64,000 bases of DNA from Hormiphora californensis (taxonomy: Eukaryota; Animalia; Ctenophora). Positions 1 to 15,200 of this stretch are shown in pieces. Each line of letters starts with the position of its first letter. Position 1 is the first letter of the stretch. Below the pieces are notes generated by a model. That model did not search any database and was not told the DNA's origin. It saw only the letters and a list, made by a program, of their open reading frames with translations. Position numbers and translations under genes: made by a program. The stretch spans positions 6,138,001 through 6,202,000 of the forward strand of contig CM035352.1 in the NCBI GenBank assembly GCA_020137815.1, in the 5' to 3' direction.

Positions 1-173
1 TGTATAATTTTATGATTATCTCGGTATTGGTTGTTGTGTTGTGGCCGTGGGCCTGGTTTATTACATGTACAGTGAGCTGTACATGTACATTGTACAAAAT
101 GTACATTGTACTTGTACAGCTCATATCATGTGACATGATATATGTGTATTATTAATATCGATGTGGTTCAAGG

Positions 174-280
174 CAGGAACCGACCGAAACAAGTAAAACC
201 ACATCAGAACTCGTTATTTAAGTCACGTGACTGGTTATCGCCCATCAGGGACCATTATTTCCTGATTCGGTCGGTTCCTG
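174..280. mobile_element. 109-bp hAT-type MITE (degraded inverted copy of 24723-24831)
   Basis: TIR CAGGAACCGACCGAA...TTCGGTCGGTTCCTG. Confidence 0.85.
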
Positions 281-929
281 TTTCGGGCTTCAGTCACGAT
301 TTGAGGTAGATAAATTAAATATAAAAGACTGTGTTATTCTACTATATGATAAACTCAGAATGATGATAATGAACTACATTAACCGTAGTATTATGCACCG
401 TTGGGCTATTAAACAGTAATCACGACATATTAATTAACCTCAGAATGATATACCTCTCGAAGGCTCACGGATGAGCTGTTGGTGAAGATGGTGCCGTCAC
501 TAAGGTAGCATTACATAGTATGTCTGTCGTCCAGTATATAGGAGGCTTTTGGAATCCTCAGAGACATCACCTGCAGTAGTGTGGCAGTTATTAATAACAG
601 CTGCATCAATACATTTATAATTATTTCTTTTAACACTGAATTTTCAAAGGGGGGGGGTACTTTGGGGGTGACAGCTCTGCAGTACATTGGTACGGGGTTC
701 CTGGTTCAGTATACCTGGGTGTATCGAGACCAGATAAACAATTGCACTTCGGTTTTCATTCCCGAGAGTCGCGAGAGCACCGTATGAATCATACCTATAA
801 AAGTTACAGATAACCACTTTTATGTTTTTCACCAGCTCCCATCTTTGTAAAGGAAGGGGTTCGCAAAAGGCCACCTAGCTTGTCAACACTTTTCTATATT
901 ATTTTATATAATAATAATTATATAAGATA

Positions 930-1799
930 CCGTGTGCGGCAAAAAAAGCCCCCCCCCCCCCCCTAGACCACCATAGTTGCCGATGTGGTGGAGAGCTGTA
1001 CTTGGCAGGGTTCCTCCACTATGTCTATCTTGATCCTGACAGAAAATCAGAGCTCTAGCTCAAAATTCATTTTTTTGATAGGAATGAACATTGTCATTCA
1101 TTCCAAGAAAAAAATATTTTCGGTCCAGAATTCAAGCAATATCTTTGGCCATCGATTAGCTTTCCAATGTGACCAAGATCATCTAAATTGGGCAACCACA
1201 AGAGACACAGTGTCATGTTTCTTAAAGTTAGTCAGGTCATGTGATCTTCACCGAATCGTTGATTATCCGGGATGGCTAATCGAGCCAATGGGCAGAGGAA
1301 TCTCGTATCACGGCCGCTAATGAGGTTGTGTACCAATACAGGGTAATGTGATTCGAGGAAGAGGACATTTATCAAAGAGCTACAGATCTCATGACCAATC
1401 AGCATCGTCATCCCTCATTAGTAGCCGTGATACGTGATTCTCTACCACTTAGACCGATTCGTAATACTGAACACTCAACGATTCGTGAAGATCACATGAC
1501 CTGTTAAATTTAAGAAAGATGACACTGTGTCTCTTGTGGTTGCCCAATTTAGATGATCTTGGTCACATTGGAAAGCTATCGATGGCCAAAGATAATTGCT
1601 GAATTCTGGACCGAAAATATTTTTTTCTTGGAATGAATGACAATGTTCATTCCTACAAAAAAATGAATTTTGAGCTAGAGCTCTGATTTTTCTGTCAGGA
1701 TCAAGATGACATAGTGGAGCAACCCTGCCAAGTTACAGCTCTCCACCACATCGGCAACTATGGTGGTCTAGGGGGGGGGCTTTTTTTTGCCGCACACGG
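930..1799. mobile_element. Foldback/MITE with about 390-bp TIRs and TA TSD (Tc1/mariner-pogo type termini)
   Basis: TA|CCGTGTGCGGC...GCCGCACACGG|TA; inverted duplicate of 23174-24056. Confidence 0.8.
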
Positions 1800-3351
1800 T
1801 ATATAGAGCTCATATATTATATCCGGATCTATTAGCCCTCTGCTATGGGTAATCTTGTTACCAATGGATGGCCCCATGATTACTAGATAACTATTGATTG
1901 TTAATTACCATGCAAAGGAATCTGCTCGTTCTCCCACAAATGTACAATTCATCTCGATAAAGAGCCCGCTTCTCCAATAATACGGGGGTATCACTCCATA
2001 ATATATCTGAAACATTTTGTTTGGCTACATATATTTGTATAACAATGTCATAAAAGGGGACAAGAGGGTATTGTATTTGTACACCAAGTTTCAGATCGAT
2101 TGGTAGGGTGCCTCTCTATCTATGGGGCTCTCCTGATTATGTTACTATTTACTTGAGGGTCAAGTCTTCAGCAAAATTAGCTTGTTACAAATTTTGCTGA
2201 AAAATATATACTAAAATCCCTTGACAAATTTTAAGTATTTTTCACAATTACGTGAAAAATATTTTATGTATTTTTACCTTGTCTCCAGGAGTATGCATAA
2301 ACAATGCAAAGTAATGATTACTAGCAGTGTACCAAAATGCATACACTGTTAGTGGTAGGTAACTGTCGATCTGCAGGATATCGAACGGTTCCCATAGAAC
2401 TCCTGAAAGGGGTAAACCCTCGAAAATCATAACTCACAAGTTACGGACACTCCCCCATGTATTTTTGCCGGGAATCCGAAAAACATAAATTAAAATCCTG
2501 TATCTATATCTATCTATAGGTATAATCTATAAGATATTGGGAGATATGTTGATGGGAGATATGTTGATGCAATTAGCATCAGCTATTAATGCCGGGTATT
2601 TTCCAGTACTCACAAGAGTTCAACCTATCTTCGCCCTCAATTCATCTACACCCGTCTGGGAGTGGTGCAAAAAGGCTCGGAAGCCAGATTATAGATTTGA
2701 CTTCATTGTCAATTTTGACCCACTTCCTGTTGACAGACAAACTTCTCGGGTATTTTCCAGTAAACTAGGACCAATTTGTAGTCTTTTGCGACAAACCGGA
2801 TGCAAATCGGTCCAGTGGATCACGTGCAATTTGGCTTGAAAGACACGACCCTTTTTTAGGGGGCGGAGCGGACACCTATGTGCGAGCTCGATCTCGCACG
2901 CACTAGGTGTCAATGTCACCAAAGTCATCACTATCATCACTACCAACCTTTTGCCTTTTTTAATATAGACTGGAAAGCCCCTTGAAGTAGAGCACCTGTT
3001 AACCCTTTGATGGCGACAGAGCATATATGCTACAGTTTATTCTAGGCGGCCTGGAAGTCCTTATGTTTTATCTAGGTGGCCCATATTTTGTCACAAGCTA
3101 GTTTTAGGGATTATGAACCTAAAACCACGTCCAGATCAGCTCAGAAAATCAAGAAAAAAATTTTATAGCCCTTCTAAGGAGGCTATTTCGGCCTTTTTTT
3201 AAACACTTTCTCATTTTTTTGTTTTTTGGGGCACAACTAATCCTTTGAAGGAATAAAGTGCTCGTCATAACCGACCGAATGCAAAAGCCGCATCAAAAAA
3301 TATTGAAAATTGAATGAGTTATTAACATTTAAGGCGCCGTATTATATATTA

Positions 3352-3933
3352 CTAGAGAGCCCAGGCAAAAAAACAAACTCTCACACCCTATTGACTCATC
3401 TCATCCGATCCCTGGCTCATGCCTACTTTGCTCCCTACGGCGCCGCTTCGCGGCACCTCCGGTCGCGAGATCATACTCCACCCCCCTTCCCCCTGTTGAC
3501 TCCCCTCATTCCTCACCCCTCTTATCCCTATTGACTCCCCTCGGCCCCTATTGAATCAAATCGTCCCCTAATCACTCCATCTCACCCTCTATTCACTCCC
3601 CTAACGCCATAATGAATACTTCCCTAACCCCTCTCTAAATCTGTGATCTGAAGCAGTTCAGAACCCCACATTTTCCCTCATTTTTCGCCATTTTTGCCAT
3701 AACTCTGTCATTTCTCAACCAATTTCAAAAAACCAAGGCTCATTGGAAAGATCAACTCAACCTCTTTCCAAAGAGCCATGAATTTCCAACATTAGAAAAC
3801 CTTTACACACGCACGTGCACGCCCCAAACCCCACCAACCACCCCTAACAACACGCCAATTTTCCACGTGCAAGCCCCAAAAAACCCCCTCCCCCAAATTT
3901 TGTCTTGCAAGGTTCTCTGCTTTATAATATAGA
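3352..3933 (-). mobile_element. Non-autonomous Helitron-like element (second copy about 5754-6329)
   Basis: On the - strand: a|TCTATATTATAAAG ... GGGCTCTCTAG|t termini (5' TC, 3' CTAG, AT target). Confidence 0.6.
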
Positions 3934-4118
3934 TATTCATATAATATATGATACTATCGCCCGTAAGGGAATTCTAGTAACAAATCTAAATTGTAGAAGT
4001 TTGTGGGTGCTATGGCATAAATTTATGCTTTCATGTGGTATGTAGCTACAAGTTCTACAATCGTGAACGGTTTTTACCAGGAAAAGAACCCAAATTAGAG
4101 ATTTGTATCATATATGAC

Positions 4119-4377
4119 TAGACCAAAAAACAAAGGAAATTTGTTTGGAACACCCGTGGCCTTTTTCGATACTTGACGCTGCGGGAAATGCACCCATAAT
4201 CTGAGCTATACTACTAGGTATCGTTGTGCCATCTCTCCAAGTTCTAACATACGCACACTTTCTCTCACTCTTCCTCGCGTCTTGCTCTGAGTCTGACGAA
4301 GGGTGCATTTCCCGCAGCGTCAAGTATCGAAAAAGGCCACGGGTGTTCCAAACAATTTCCTTTGTTTTTTGGTCTAG
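4119..4377. mobile_element. MITE with about 78-bp TIRs
   Basis: tagaccaaaaaacaaaggaaat...gggaaatgcaccc and its exact reverse complement ending ttttttggtcta. Confidence 0.75.
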
Positions 4378-4404
4378 TTTCTCAGGTTTTTGTAAACAGG
4401 TAAC

Positions 4405-4924
4405 ATAAATATGCAAATAACGGCTAAACGGTGCGAGATACGACTTTTTGTCCGGGGACGACCCCCCATAAATCGACTTTTCTTCGCATCGAATATGTCC
4501 ATGAAAACGTTTCTAGGACCATTTGAAGTGTAAATATTCAGAATATGCATTAAATCATGAATCTGCGCATAAATATGCAAATAACGGCTAAACGGTGCGA
4601 GATACGACTTTTTGTCTGGGGGACGACCCCCCATAAATCGACTATTTTACGTCGAAATATGTCTATGAAAACATTATAGGACCAGCTGAAGTGGAAATAT
4701 TCAGAATATGCATTAAATCATGAATCAGTGCATAAATATGCATATAACGGCTAAACGGTGCGAGATAAGACTTTTTGATCGGGGGACGACCCCCCATAAA
4801 TCGACTCTTCTGCGTCGAAATATGTCCATGAAAACGTTCTAGGACCATCTGAAGTGGAAATATTCAGAATATGCATTAAATCATGAATCTGCGCATAAAT
4901 ATGCAAATAACGGCTAAACGGGTG
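4405..4924. repeat. About 165-bp tandem repeat, 3+ copies, running into the gap
   Basis: Recurring aaatatgcaaataacggctaaacggtgcgagatac. Confidence 0.85.
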
Positions 4925-5024
4925 NNNNNNNNNNNNNNNNNNNNNNNNNNNNNNNNNNNNNNNNNNNNNNNNNNNNNNNNNNNNNNNNNNNNNNNNNNNN
5001 NNNNNNNNNNNNNNNNNNNNNNNN
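4925..5024. other. Assembly gap (100 N)
   Basis: Run of N; about 2630-4108 is repeated at about 5045-6500 across it. Confidence 0.99.
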
Positions 5025-6340
5025 CTATCTTCGGATACCCTCAGATTCATTCTACACCGTCTGGGAGTGGTGCAAAAAGGCTCGGAAGCCAGATTATAGA
5101 TTTGACTTCAGTGTCAATTTTGACCCACTTCCTGTTGACAGACAAACTTCTCGGGTATTTTCCAGTAAACTAGGACCAATTTGTAGTCTTTTGCGACAAA
5201 CCGGATGCAAATCGGTCCAGTGGTCACGTGCAATTTGGCTTGAAAGACACGACCCTTTTTTAGGGGGCGGAGCGGACACCTATGTGCGAGCTCGATCTCG
5301 CACGCACTAGGTGTCAATGTCACCAAAGTCATCACTATCATCACTACCAACCTTTTGCCTTTTTTAATATAGACTGGAAAGCCCCTTGAAGTAGAGCACC
5401 TGTTAACCCTTTGACGGCGACAGAGCATATATGTAGTTTATTCTAGGCGGCCGGAAGTCCTTATGTTTTATCTAGGTGGCCCATATTTTGTCACAAGCTA
5501 GTTTTAGGGATTATGAACCTAAAACCACGTCCAGATCAGCTCAGAAAATCAAGAAAAAAATTTTATAGCCCTTCTAAGGAGGCTAATTTCGGCTTTTTTT
5601 AAAAACATTTCTCATTTTTGTTTTTTTGGGGGCACAACTAATCCTTTGAAGGAATAAAAGTGCTCGTCATAACCGACCGAATGCAAAAAGCCGCATCAAA
5701 AAATATTGAAAATTGAATGAGTTATTAACATTTAAGGCGCCGTATTATATATTACTAGAGAGCCCAGGCAAAAGAACAAAAAACTCTCACACCCTATTGA
5801 CTCATCTCAATCCCGATCCCTGGCTCATGCCTACTTTGCTCCCTACGGCGCCGCTTCGCGGCACCTCCGGTCGCGAGATCATAACTCCACCCCTTCCCCC
5901 TGTTGACTCCCCTCATTCCTCACCCCTCTTATCCCTATTGACTCCCTCGGCCCCTATTGAATCAATACGCCCTAATCACTCCATCTCACCCTCTATTCAC
6001 TCCCCTAACGCCATAATGAAATACTTCCCTACCCCTCTCTAAATCTGTGATCTGAAGCAGTTCAGAACCCCACATTTTCCCTCATTTTTCGCCATTTTTG
6101 CCATAACTCTGTCATTTCTCAACCAATTTCAAAAAACCAAGGCTCATTGGAAAGATCAACTCAACCTCTTTCCAAAGAGCCATGAATTTCAACATTAGAA
6201 AACTTTACACACGCACGTGCACGCCCCAAACCCACCACCCCCTAACAACACGCCATTTTCCACGTGCAAGCCCAAAAAACCCCCTCCCCCAAATTTTGTC
6301 TTGCAAGGTTCTCTGCTTTATAATATAGATATTCATATAA

Positions 6341-8082
6341 TATATGATACTATCGCCCGTAGGGAATTCTAGTAACAATCTAAATTGTAGAAGTTTGTGG
6401 GTGCTATGGCATAAATTTATGCTTCATGTGGTATGTGCTACAAGTTCTACAATCGTGAACGGTTTTTACCAGGAAAAGAACCCAAATTAGAGATTTGTAT
6501 TCATATAGATACTATCGTCCTAAGGGTAAATTCTCCTAAAACATACATAATCGGCTAGAAAGGAGCTAGAGACAAATCAGGGCACAATAAAGTGTAGAAC
6601 ATCGCATTAGTGTGGGGTAGAGCACATATTAGGTCGCTATCTGGATCCCTAATTGAGATAATTGGATAATTAGCTAATTATCTGTCCCGCGCATACTAAT
6701 TATTCATGAAACTTTGCTCTGGGAAGGAGTTATGAGACAAATGGGGGCACTAAAATGTGTAGAATCATCAAATTAGTGGGGGTAGAGCACATATTTAGGT
6801 CGCTATCGGATCCATAATTGAGATAATTGGATAATTAGCTATTAGTTGCCCTGGAGCGCTAATAAATGAGACTAGGCGGAGTATACAAGACAAGTGAGGG
6901 CACTAAAAGTGTTAAAATCATCGCCTTAGCGGGGGTAGAGCACATAGCTGAGTTTCTTATCCCACTCCTAATGAGATAATTGGATAATTAGCTAATTGAC
7001 GGTTGCACACCGTCCACTTTTCACCAAATCCGTGGTTTCTAGGTAATCCTGAGCTCTTTTGCTCAATCTAAGGATCTTCTGACACCCTAACCCCATTTGT
7101 ATCACCTATGACTCGTTTTTACACAATATTATAGCACTCGATACAACCCTAGACACTGCCTTCAGCTCTTTAGAACCCTCTTGCTCCATCCTAGACCTCT
7201 CATAAATCCAAGATCCAACTACAATCCTATAGAATTTATATACTATTGCTCCTACAACACGTTCAACCTCTAATGTACTACTATACAGTTTCCCATATTT
7301 ATTGTTTGGACACACGGTTATAGGGGTTTAGGGATATTATTATGTCAGAAGATCCTAGATTCAACAAAAGAGCTAGGATTACCTAGAAACCACGGGATTT
7401 GGTGAAAAGTGGACGGTGTGCAACCGTCATTAGCTAATTATCCAATTATCTCATTTAGGAGTTGGAATAGAAACTCAGCTATGTGCTCTACCTCACCTAA
7501 GGCGATGATTTTACACATTTTAGTGCCCCTACTTGTCTTGGATATCCACAAAGTTTCATTTATTAGCGCTCCAGGGCAACTAATTAGCTAATTATCCAAT
7601 TATCTCAATTATGGATCCAGATAGCGACCTAAATATGTGCTCTACCCCCACTAATGTATGATTCTACACATTTTAGTGCCCCCATTTGTCCATAACTCCT
7701 TCCCAGAGCAAAGTTTCATGAATATAGCACGCACGGGACAGATAATAGCAATTATGCAATTATCTCAATTAGGGGTCCAGTAGCGACCTAAATATGTGCT
7801 CTACCCCCACAATGCGATGATTCTACACATTTTAGTGCCCCCATTTGTCTCTTAGCTCCTTTTCTAGCGAATTATGTATGTTTTAGGAGAATTTACCCTT
7901 GGACGATAGTATCATATATGATACAAATCTCTAATTTGGGTTCTTTTCCTGGTAAAACCGTTCACGATTGTAGAACTTGTAGCTACATACCACATGAAAG
8001 CATGAATTTATGCCATAACACCACAAACTTGTACAATTTAGATTTGTTACTAGAATTCCCTTACGGGCGATAGTATCATATA
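6341..8082. mobile_element. Large foldback element (about 760-bp arms, about 220-bp spacer)
   Basis: tatatgatactatcgcccg..aattctagtaac at the left end is mirrored at the right end; internal ggggtagagcacat subrepeats. Confidence 0.75.
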
Positions 8083-8987
8083 TGCTACAGTGGGCCCAGC
8101 AAAAACTACATGTCGGAATTACAAATTTCCTTTTCGAGGCGTTTTGTGTTGATAACATCTACTTATAAACGAAAAATTAGACAATTCTATCGAGCCCATC
8201 CTTCTCGCCGTCAAAGGGTTAACCCGAATCCCCACCCTCTCGCTCACCCAGGATCCCCTCTCACCCGCTGCACCAACCCGAACGTCAAACGTGCAGCCTT
8301 CAATCACCCGTTGCGTAGTATAGGGGCTATGGCACCTCTTGACACCCCCCTCTATGCACGTGTGGATAGTTCATCAACAGCATTTGCTTCTTTTAACTAA
8401 GAAGATGGGCAAAAACTGTTCTTTTAGTAATTTTCGAATTTTTCCCGTACTTCAGGTGTTCTAGGAAAGTGAGAGGTGCACAAAAACGAACTTTGGAAAA
8501 TTTGCTTTGATTTCTAATGTTACTACAACATAGAGACGTCATCTTTTCACCAAACTTTTAATTGGACACCAAGGATTGTAATGTAACAAACAATTAGTTT
8601 AGACATTATTCCAATTTTCGTTTTCGTGCAACTCTTACAATCTTGACAATTTATACCAATAAAATGCAAATTGCCCCAAATTGGTATTAGATTTGTGTAA
8701 TTTAAGTGAAAACTCTGCTTTCTGTGGCCCAAAAATATTCTGTGGCCCATAAATATTTCTGTGGCCAATAAATTTTTCTACTCTGCAATATATTAATATA
8801 CGTGTTTAGCTCTGTGGCCACAGTTTTAGACCAAAAAAGGGTTAGTATACACCAAAATTTGCGTTTTTTCAAGGGGAACACCTGGTTTTTACGAAATTTG
8901 GTTTGAGGCAGGCGTTCAAAAGTTACAGCCGAAAAACTGGTACATTGGAGAGAATAAGGTGTAAATAAGTGTCCTCCAATTACTTAC

Positions 8988-11900
8988 TGTGCGGTATTCA
9001 AAATATGTTTCATATGCTTGCTTAGTGTACCACGATGCCAGTGTACCAGCAGATTCAGTAGCAGTGAAACGAGCATAACTATCGTTAGAAACTCCGGATG
9101 CAGGCTGGAGGGTGATCGTGCCGTCAGTGGCTACCATTTCGTGACTACTACTGTTAACTGTAGCACCGGAACCGTAATCATAGTCAAAGCTGCAATACAG
9201 TACACATTTCCGGATGAAAAAATTGGGCGTCATGAGTATATATCCACGTGCAGTTAATGATTATGAGCATTGAGCACTTTATATTGGTACCTCTGGGGTA
9301 ACTAAATCATGAGAAATCCAAAATATATTAGGTATTTATCATAGCACTGCATGTATCATAGCACACTGATAAAAGATCATCGGGTGGATGCCCTTCGGGA
9401 ATTTATCAATGCCGATTGACGTCCATTGGTTCCAAATTTGCAGTGAAAAGTGTGCTCTACTATAATAGATACTGCCGAATAATCAATTTAATTGGTCTTC
9501 GGAATAAATTATGCAGTTACCGATGAAGCAAGAGTGTAATTGTAGTAAGATGTGGTGAGTACTCCCGCAGCTACACTGGTAGAGGTGGTATTCACATTAG
9601 AAGTATCAATGATTGGCCACTATCCCAATTCGACCTGAAAACATTTATTATATTTATTAATTATAAACTTTAGCAGCTAAAAACGAGGACAGACTTCATA
9701 GTGGGGGGTCATTTATTCCCCCGCTATTTTCTTATAACGGGAGCGATCAGAAGAAGATAACGGGGGCTAAACACGTGACAGACTACAGAGGGGGAACTGG
9801 CAGCTACCAAATTCCCTTTCTGCTACCCGGAAGACATACCAAGAACATTAACGGTAGCTCCTACTGGTCCAAGAGTCCTGCAGTGGACCAAGGCCGATGT
9901 GCCATAGTCCCATACGTGCCACATCAAGAGGAGTCAATTCATCTGTAAAATGGAAAGTCACATTTATATGATCCCTAATCAACTTTGCGGGTACGCTAAA
10001 ACGTGCCTTACCGCGATGCCTTAGTTACGAGGGGGAATTTCGTTACCAAAATAATCGATTACTTTGGTAACGTGATCACGACAATATATTAATTGAACTC
10101 GTGATCTTCTGTACGAATCTAGTGATCATGGCACCTCAATTCCGTACTGTTGAACGGTCGGTGATCAATAACCTATGATCGTACAGGCTTGTGTATAATG
10201 GGGCATGTGGGTGACGTGGGTTGGTGAAGTCCTGCATATTGTGTACTAGAAAGCCCATTGTAGTCTTACAACAACCCCCCACTCTTTATTATCCCCTCTC
10301 AATTCGTCCTCTCATGTCTGGGGTAAATAATACGAAGGTTGGTAGATAGTGGTAGAGCGCTGGTGATAAACATCAAGGGAATCCCGCTGAATTACATGTA
10401 GAATCAGTGATAAAGATCGTAAAATTGTAGCTGTGTGAGAATCAACGGGGGGGGTGGATGGTGAAAGGCTTTGACAATCATGGGGTCCCAGTAGATCCCA
10501 AAGCACCACGAAACACCACACAGGAGCACGCAACAAACAACCAAAAACATGCACGTGCAGTATCCCCACAACCTCCAATACCCCTTCAGGGCACCTCCTT
10601 GGCAACCCCCTCTATTTGCACGTGTGGATAGGACATCCTCCTCCTCACCACGACGTTCATTTGCACTTTATAATATAGATATAATGCTACTTATTATCAA
10701 CTATCCAGATGAGGTTTATAGTGAGAGTGGGCAGAAACAGGATTTGATAGGGAATATCTCTGAGAGCCGCTGAGAGCATTTTGTCAGGAATATAACTCAA
10801 CAACTATAGTCGAATTTTTTAATCAAGGGACAGGGGGCCGCGCATTCAGAGGGGTCGCGGGCTTTATATTTGCGCGTGATAATCGAGATCAAGTTCTGGT
10901 AATCTTAAGACTTGAACCCGGAAGCGTTGGAAAGATAATTTTAAGACCTTTTCAACGCAACAAAGACCAAGTCTTTATTATCAGGAACAGGAGATATGAG
11001 CGAAAACGTTTAGCACACGCAAAAAGAATTTGTAAATGCGCGGCCCCTGTCCCTTGATTAAAAAATTGACTATAGTCACTGTAATTGCAGCACATGGTTA
11101 AACACATGTAACATGTGATCACTTCATCGTTCCCTATATCTGTCACCCCCACCCCAACATAAATCACATGTACCTGGATATAGACGGATACTTGTTGGGA
11201 ATGGACACTCCCCGATGTGAGATATCCAAGCGTGTAATTTGCACTAATTTCTGCCACACATGCGTACGTTTTATCAGTAACTGAAAACATATTGATATTA
11301 GAAAATTTGAGCACTCTCGCAACGATGTCAGTGTTGACCCTTTCTCTCGTGTAGAGGAGAGTGGTGAAGCATTGCACGTACTGAATGAATTTAATTAATG
11401 GGGAAGTAATTTTGATATCTCCTTCTGGTGATCAGCACACACACACACCCTCTGTACAACAGTTTAATGGGGAATCTCACACATACACGGCAGAACTCGA
11501 ATTCTAGCTCTGAACTCATTAAATTCAGAATTTAATTAATGATTAATTGATGGTGAATTGATAAATTTCGCATACGTGTGAATTTGGGAGTGACAACTTC
11601 AAAAAAAGTTCGTCTCCCTTTTCTCTTTTAATTTAAAAGAGAAAAAGGAGAGACGAACTTTTTTGAAGGTTTTAAAAATTTAAAAACCTCCAAATCATGA
11701 GGAATTAAAATATTTCACCAATTAATCCTTTCCCTCAATCGGGTCCGACCCGCCGACTGTTATACGTACCATTGTTGGTTTCCATAGACTGTAAGGCTGC
11801 TAGCAATTGGTTTCCATTAGGTGCATTGAATCCCGCATTGTGTCCACCAGTAACCAAACTCGTACTGCGTGTGGTGATCAACTGCTTGGTTAAGAGGTTA

Positions 11901-12245
11901 CCCCTCCCTTGCCAGCGGCAAAGACGGGTTACTTTGTACCAATTGGGCTGCATTATAGATTCAAATAAATTGCTTAGCTGAGTTGGTTTTACTCACTGCT
12001 TTTTTAAACTATAAACATTGTACCTGTCTCCATTCAACGCTATTAATGTTGTAGTCAATGACAGTACAGGAAAGCACACACTAAATTCCACTTGCCACGA
12101 TATCATTGATTGGCTCCAACGCGAATACTAAAAAGACTTTTTGTAATTTCGACCCTCATTTGAGAGAGAATATTGGTTTAGTTGGCAAAGGTTACAGTAT
12201 CTGCGTCAAAGAATTTAAAGGTGGGCAATATTATTATAGGGGAGG

Positions 12246-12291
<46 letters not shown>

Positions 12292-15200
12292 CTTACATGG
12301 TATAGCTTCAATAACAATTGGGGGGTCTGATTCCAATACAGTATCTCCATCGGTCAACACAACAGTAAGGTCGTACGAGGACCCTTCACTTGGACCATAA
12401 GCCATGAGCCAACTGAAGAAACATTAAAAATTAGCCACTGAATAATTATCCAGTGGTCGATCCCTGCTTGGCGTGATAATAGATATCTACTGTCCGGCGT
12501 CGCTAGAAACAGTTTTGATTTTCAGCACAGTGCGCTCAGATCGGGCCGCGGGCAGGTGATCCCAGCTACTAACCAGGGGACAGACATGTTAACGTCGTTA
12601 TAAGATGATTCAACTGTAGACATGGAAAGAATCTTCAAGGGGAGATCGTCGTCGATACCATGTCCCTGTCCAGTTGCCGGTGGTACCATAAGGAACCCAA
12701 GCTTTGGCCCTAACTGTAAACATCTCACCCGGGAGAACCATCCCACTTGTGATGGTGGTATAAGGAGACTTAGGGTGTATTGACGATACCTGAAAACATG
12801 AAAGTATTACATGGATATATGTACCAATAATGTCATTCTGTCTATAATAGCTATAATAGTTGTATGTTTTATGTCGCCTGATGATTCGTTTCCGTAGGGT
12901 TTCGATGAAACAATTGTAGCGTACCAAATACGTAGTTGTTTTACTTCGTTGTTATGTTTTAAATTAGAGATAATAACAGTTATGTGTGAATGTATAACAT
13001 TAAATATAATTAGTTATTATACCCACCAATCAAGTAGACGGCAGTTGTGTTCCATAAAAAGTTGCAAGCCCATGTTCATCAGGGTTTCCGCTCCATACGA
13101 AAAGACGGGGAGAAACGTATGCAAGAACCTACTCAAGAGCAGTAAACTCTATTGTACTTGTAAACGTGTCGTTAACAATCTGATTCAGGACCGTGTAATT
13201 CTAGAGAGAATTTGATTTTCTTATTGATCATATCATCGAAATATAGGAAACACAAAAACAGTGTTGTACTTGTAGACTATTACAGTTGCATTTGTGAATT
13301 TTTAAAATGTGCACCCAAAATGTTCGCCTACCAATTCTCTAATAATACCATGCAGAGAATATATTGACAGGCAAACATTCTGGTTCAAGATTGACATGAA
13401 GTCGTCAGACAATTGCAAAGTTGCTCGGATCACATTGCATCCATTAGAAGTGTAAATTGTCTGGCGGTTATTTTGGTACCCCTGATAGATTACATCGACG
13501 GGCCGTACTATTGAAGAATAGGTACAAACACCCCTCCATACTCACGATGTATCAAGGGTGGTCCCCCGCCATACTAGGAGTCCCGGTCATCGTCGATGGG
13601 TAGGTGAATTTGTAAGTTAAAGTTCGTTGGTCGTCACTAAACGAGGTATATTCGGCATCGTAGCTGGGTGTACCCTCTAAAGAAAAGTTATATATTAGTT
13701 TCACAACAAGCCATGGATGGTCTGTTTACTATACAGTAAACGACTATAAATAGAGAGTAAACTGTGCACCAGAAGGATCGTCAACCAAAGTTGAGCCGCA
13801 AAACAAATTTTGTTGGGGGTGACCAGAGGGCCTTCCTGAACATCCCCACGGTGAGAAAAGTATAGTTATCGGGGAAAATTTTTGTCAAAATCGAAAAAAC
13901 TGGTTTTTGGTCCAAATTTGTGCATAACTTATTGACTGCCGTTTGATGAAATATCTGATTGACATAAAATAAGTATACGAGACCTATTTTTGCACGAGGA
14001 ATCGATTGCCGGTGGAGAGAAATCTCTAAAATGACCGGAAAATTGTCAAATATGGGAATTTTGTCATTTTTTTGAGGTTTTTGGCCCTTTAACCATTGAA
14101 AACGTTGAGATAGGAAGTTGGCAATAGCGCCAATCGTTAAAATGGTGTTTTTTCTACGGGATCCCAAAATTTCATGTATATCCGATTCATGGTTAGATTT
14201 TGGCAAACTATTGAGATGTGCTTACTGAAAAAAGGATAACTTGATTTTTCGTTTTTTGCGATTTTTTAATTTTGAAAGAATTCTGATTGAAATGGCAATC
14301 AGGGCCATGCTTAAGTTGTTTATGGGACAATTTTCGACCAAAATCCAAGATTTCATGCAATCCAATGACCGATCATTGATTTATAGAAGTTGAATAGGCA
14401 AAAAGGCCAATTTTTACCATGAAAAAAAAAAATACACATTTTTTTTGTCAATTTCATTAACAACTGGTACCCTACCTATTTTTTGCACGTAGAAATCGAT
14501 TGCCGGTGGAGGGGCCTCTTAAATGATTGGAAAGCGGTCGAAATGTCATTTTTGGAAGTTTTTGGACCTCCAAAAAATGGCATTTTGACCGCTTTCCAAT
14601 CATTTAAGAGGATCCACTCCACCGGCAATCGATTCACGTGCAAAAAATAGGTAGGGTACCGTTGTTAATGGAAATTGACAAAAAAAATGTGTATTTTGTT
14701 TTCATGGTAAAATTGGCCTTTTTTGCCTATTTCAACTTTCTAAAATCATGATCTGTCATTGGATTTGCATGAAATCTTGGATTTGGTCGCGAAAATTGTC
14801 CCATAAACAACTTAAGCAGGCCCTGATTGGCCATTTCAATCAGATTCTTTCAAAAGTTAAAAAATCGCAAAAAACGAGAAAATCAGTTATCCTTTTAGTA
14901 AGCACATCTCAATAGTTTGCCAAAATCTAACCATGAATCGGATATATACATGAAATTTTGGGATCCGTAGAAAAATGACCATTTTTACGATTGGCGCTAT
15001 TGCCAACTCCTATCTCAACGTTTTCAATGGTATAGGGCCAAAAACCTCAAAAAAGACAAAATTCCATATTTGACAATTTTCGGTCATTTTAGAGTTTCTC
15101 TCCACCGGCAATCGATTCCTCGTGCAAAATAGGTCTCGTATACTTATTTATGTCAATCAGATATTTCATCAAACGGCAGTTCAAGTAAGTTATGCACAAA

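Larger units (their letters stand above)
60..2560 (-). other. Inverted, indel-rich duplicate of 22400-24950 containing copies of four Ig-gene exons
   Basis: Colinear reverse-complement match including the MITE (174-280 vs 24723-24831), the foldback element (930-1799 vs 23174-24056) and exons (about 454-570, 715-785, 1909-2006, 2278-2370). Differences are mostly single-base losses in this copy. Confidence 0.92.

Noticed and set aside
2630-6500. 1.5-kb direct duplication resembling LTRs
   Set aside because: The copies flank an N gap, differ mainly by homopolymer indels, and lack TG..CA ends, PBS or gag/pol; likely unmerged contig overlap.
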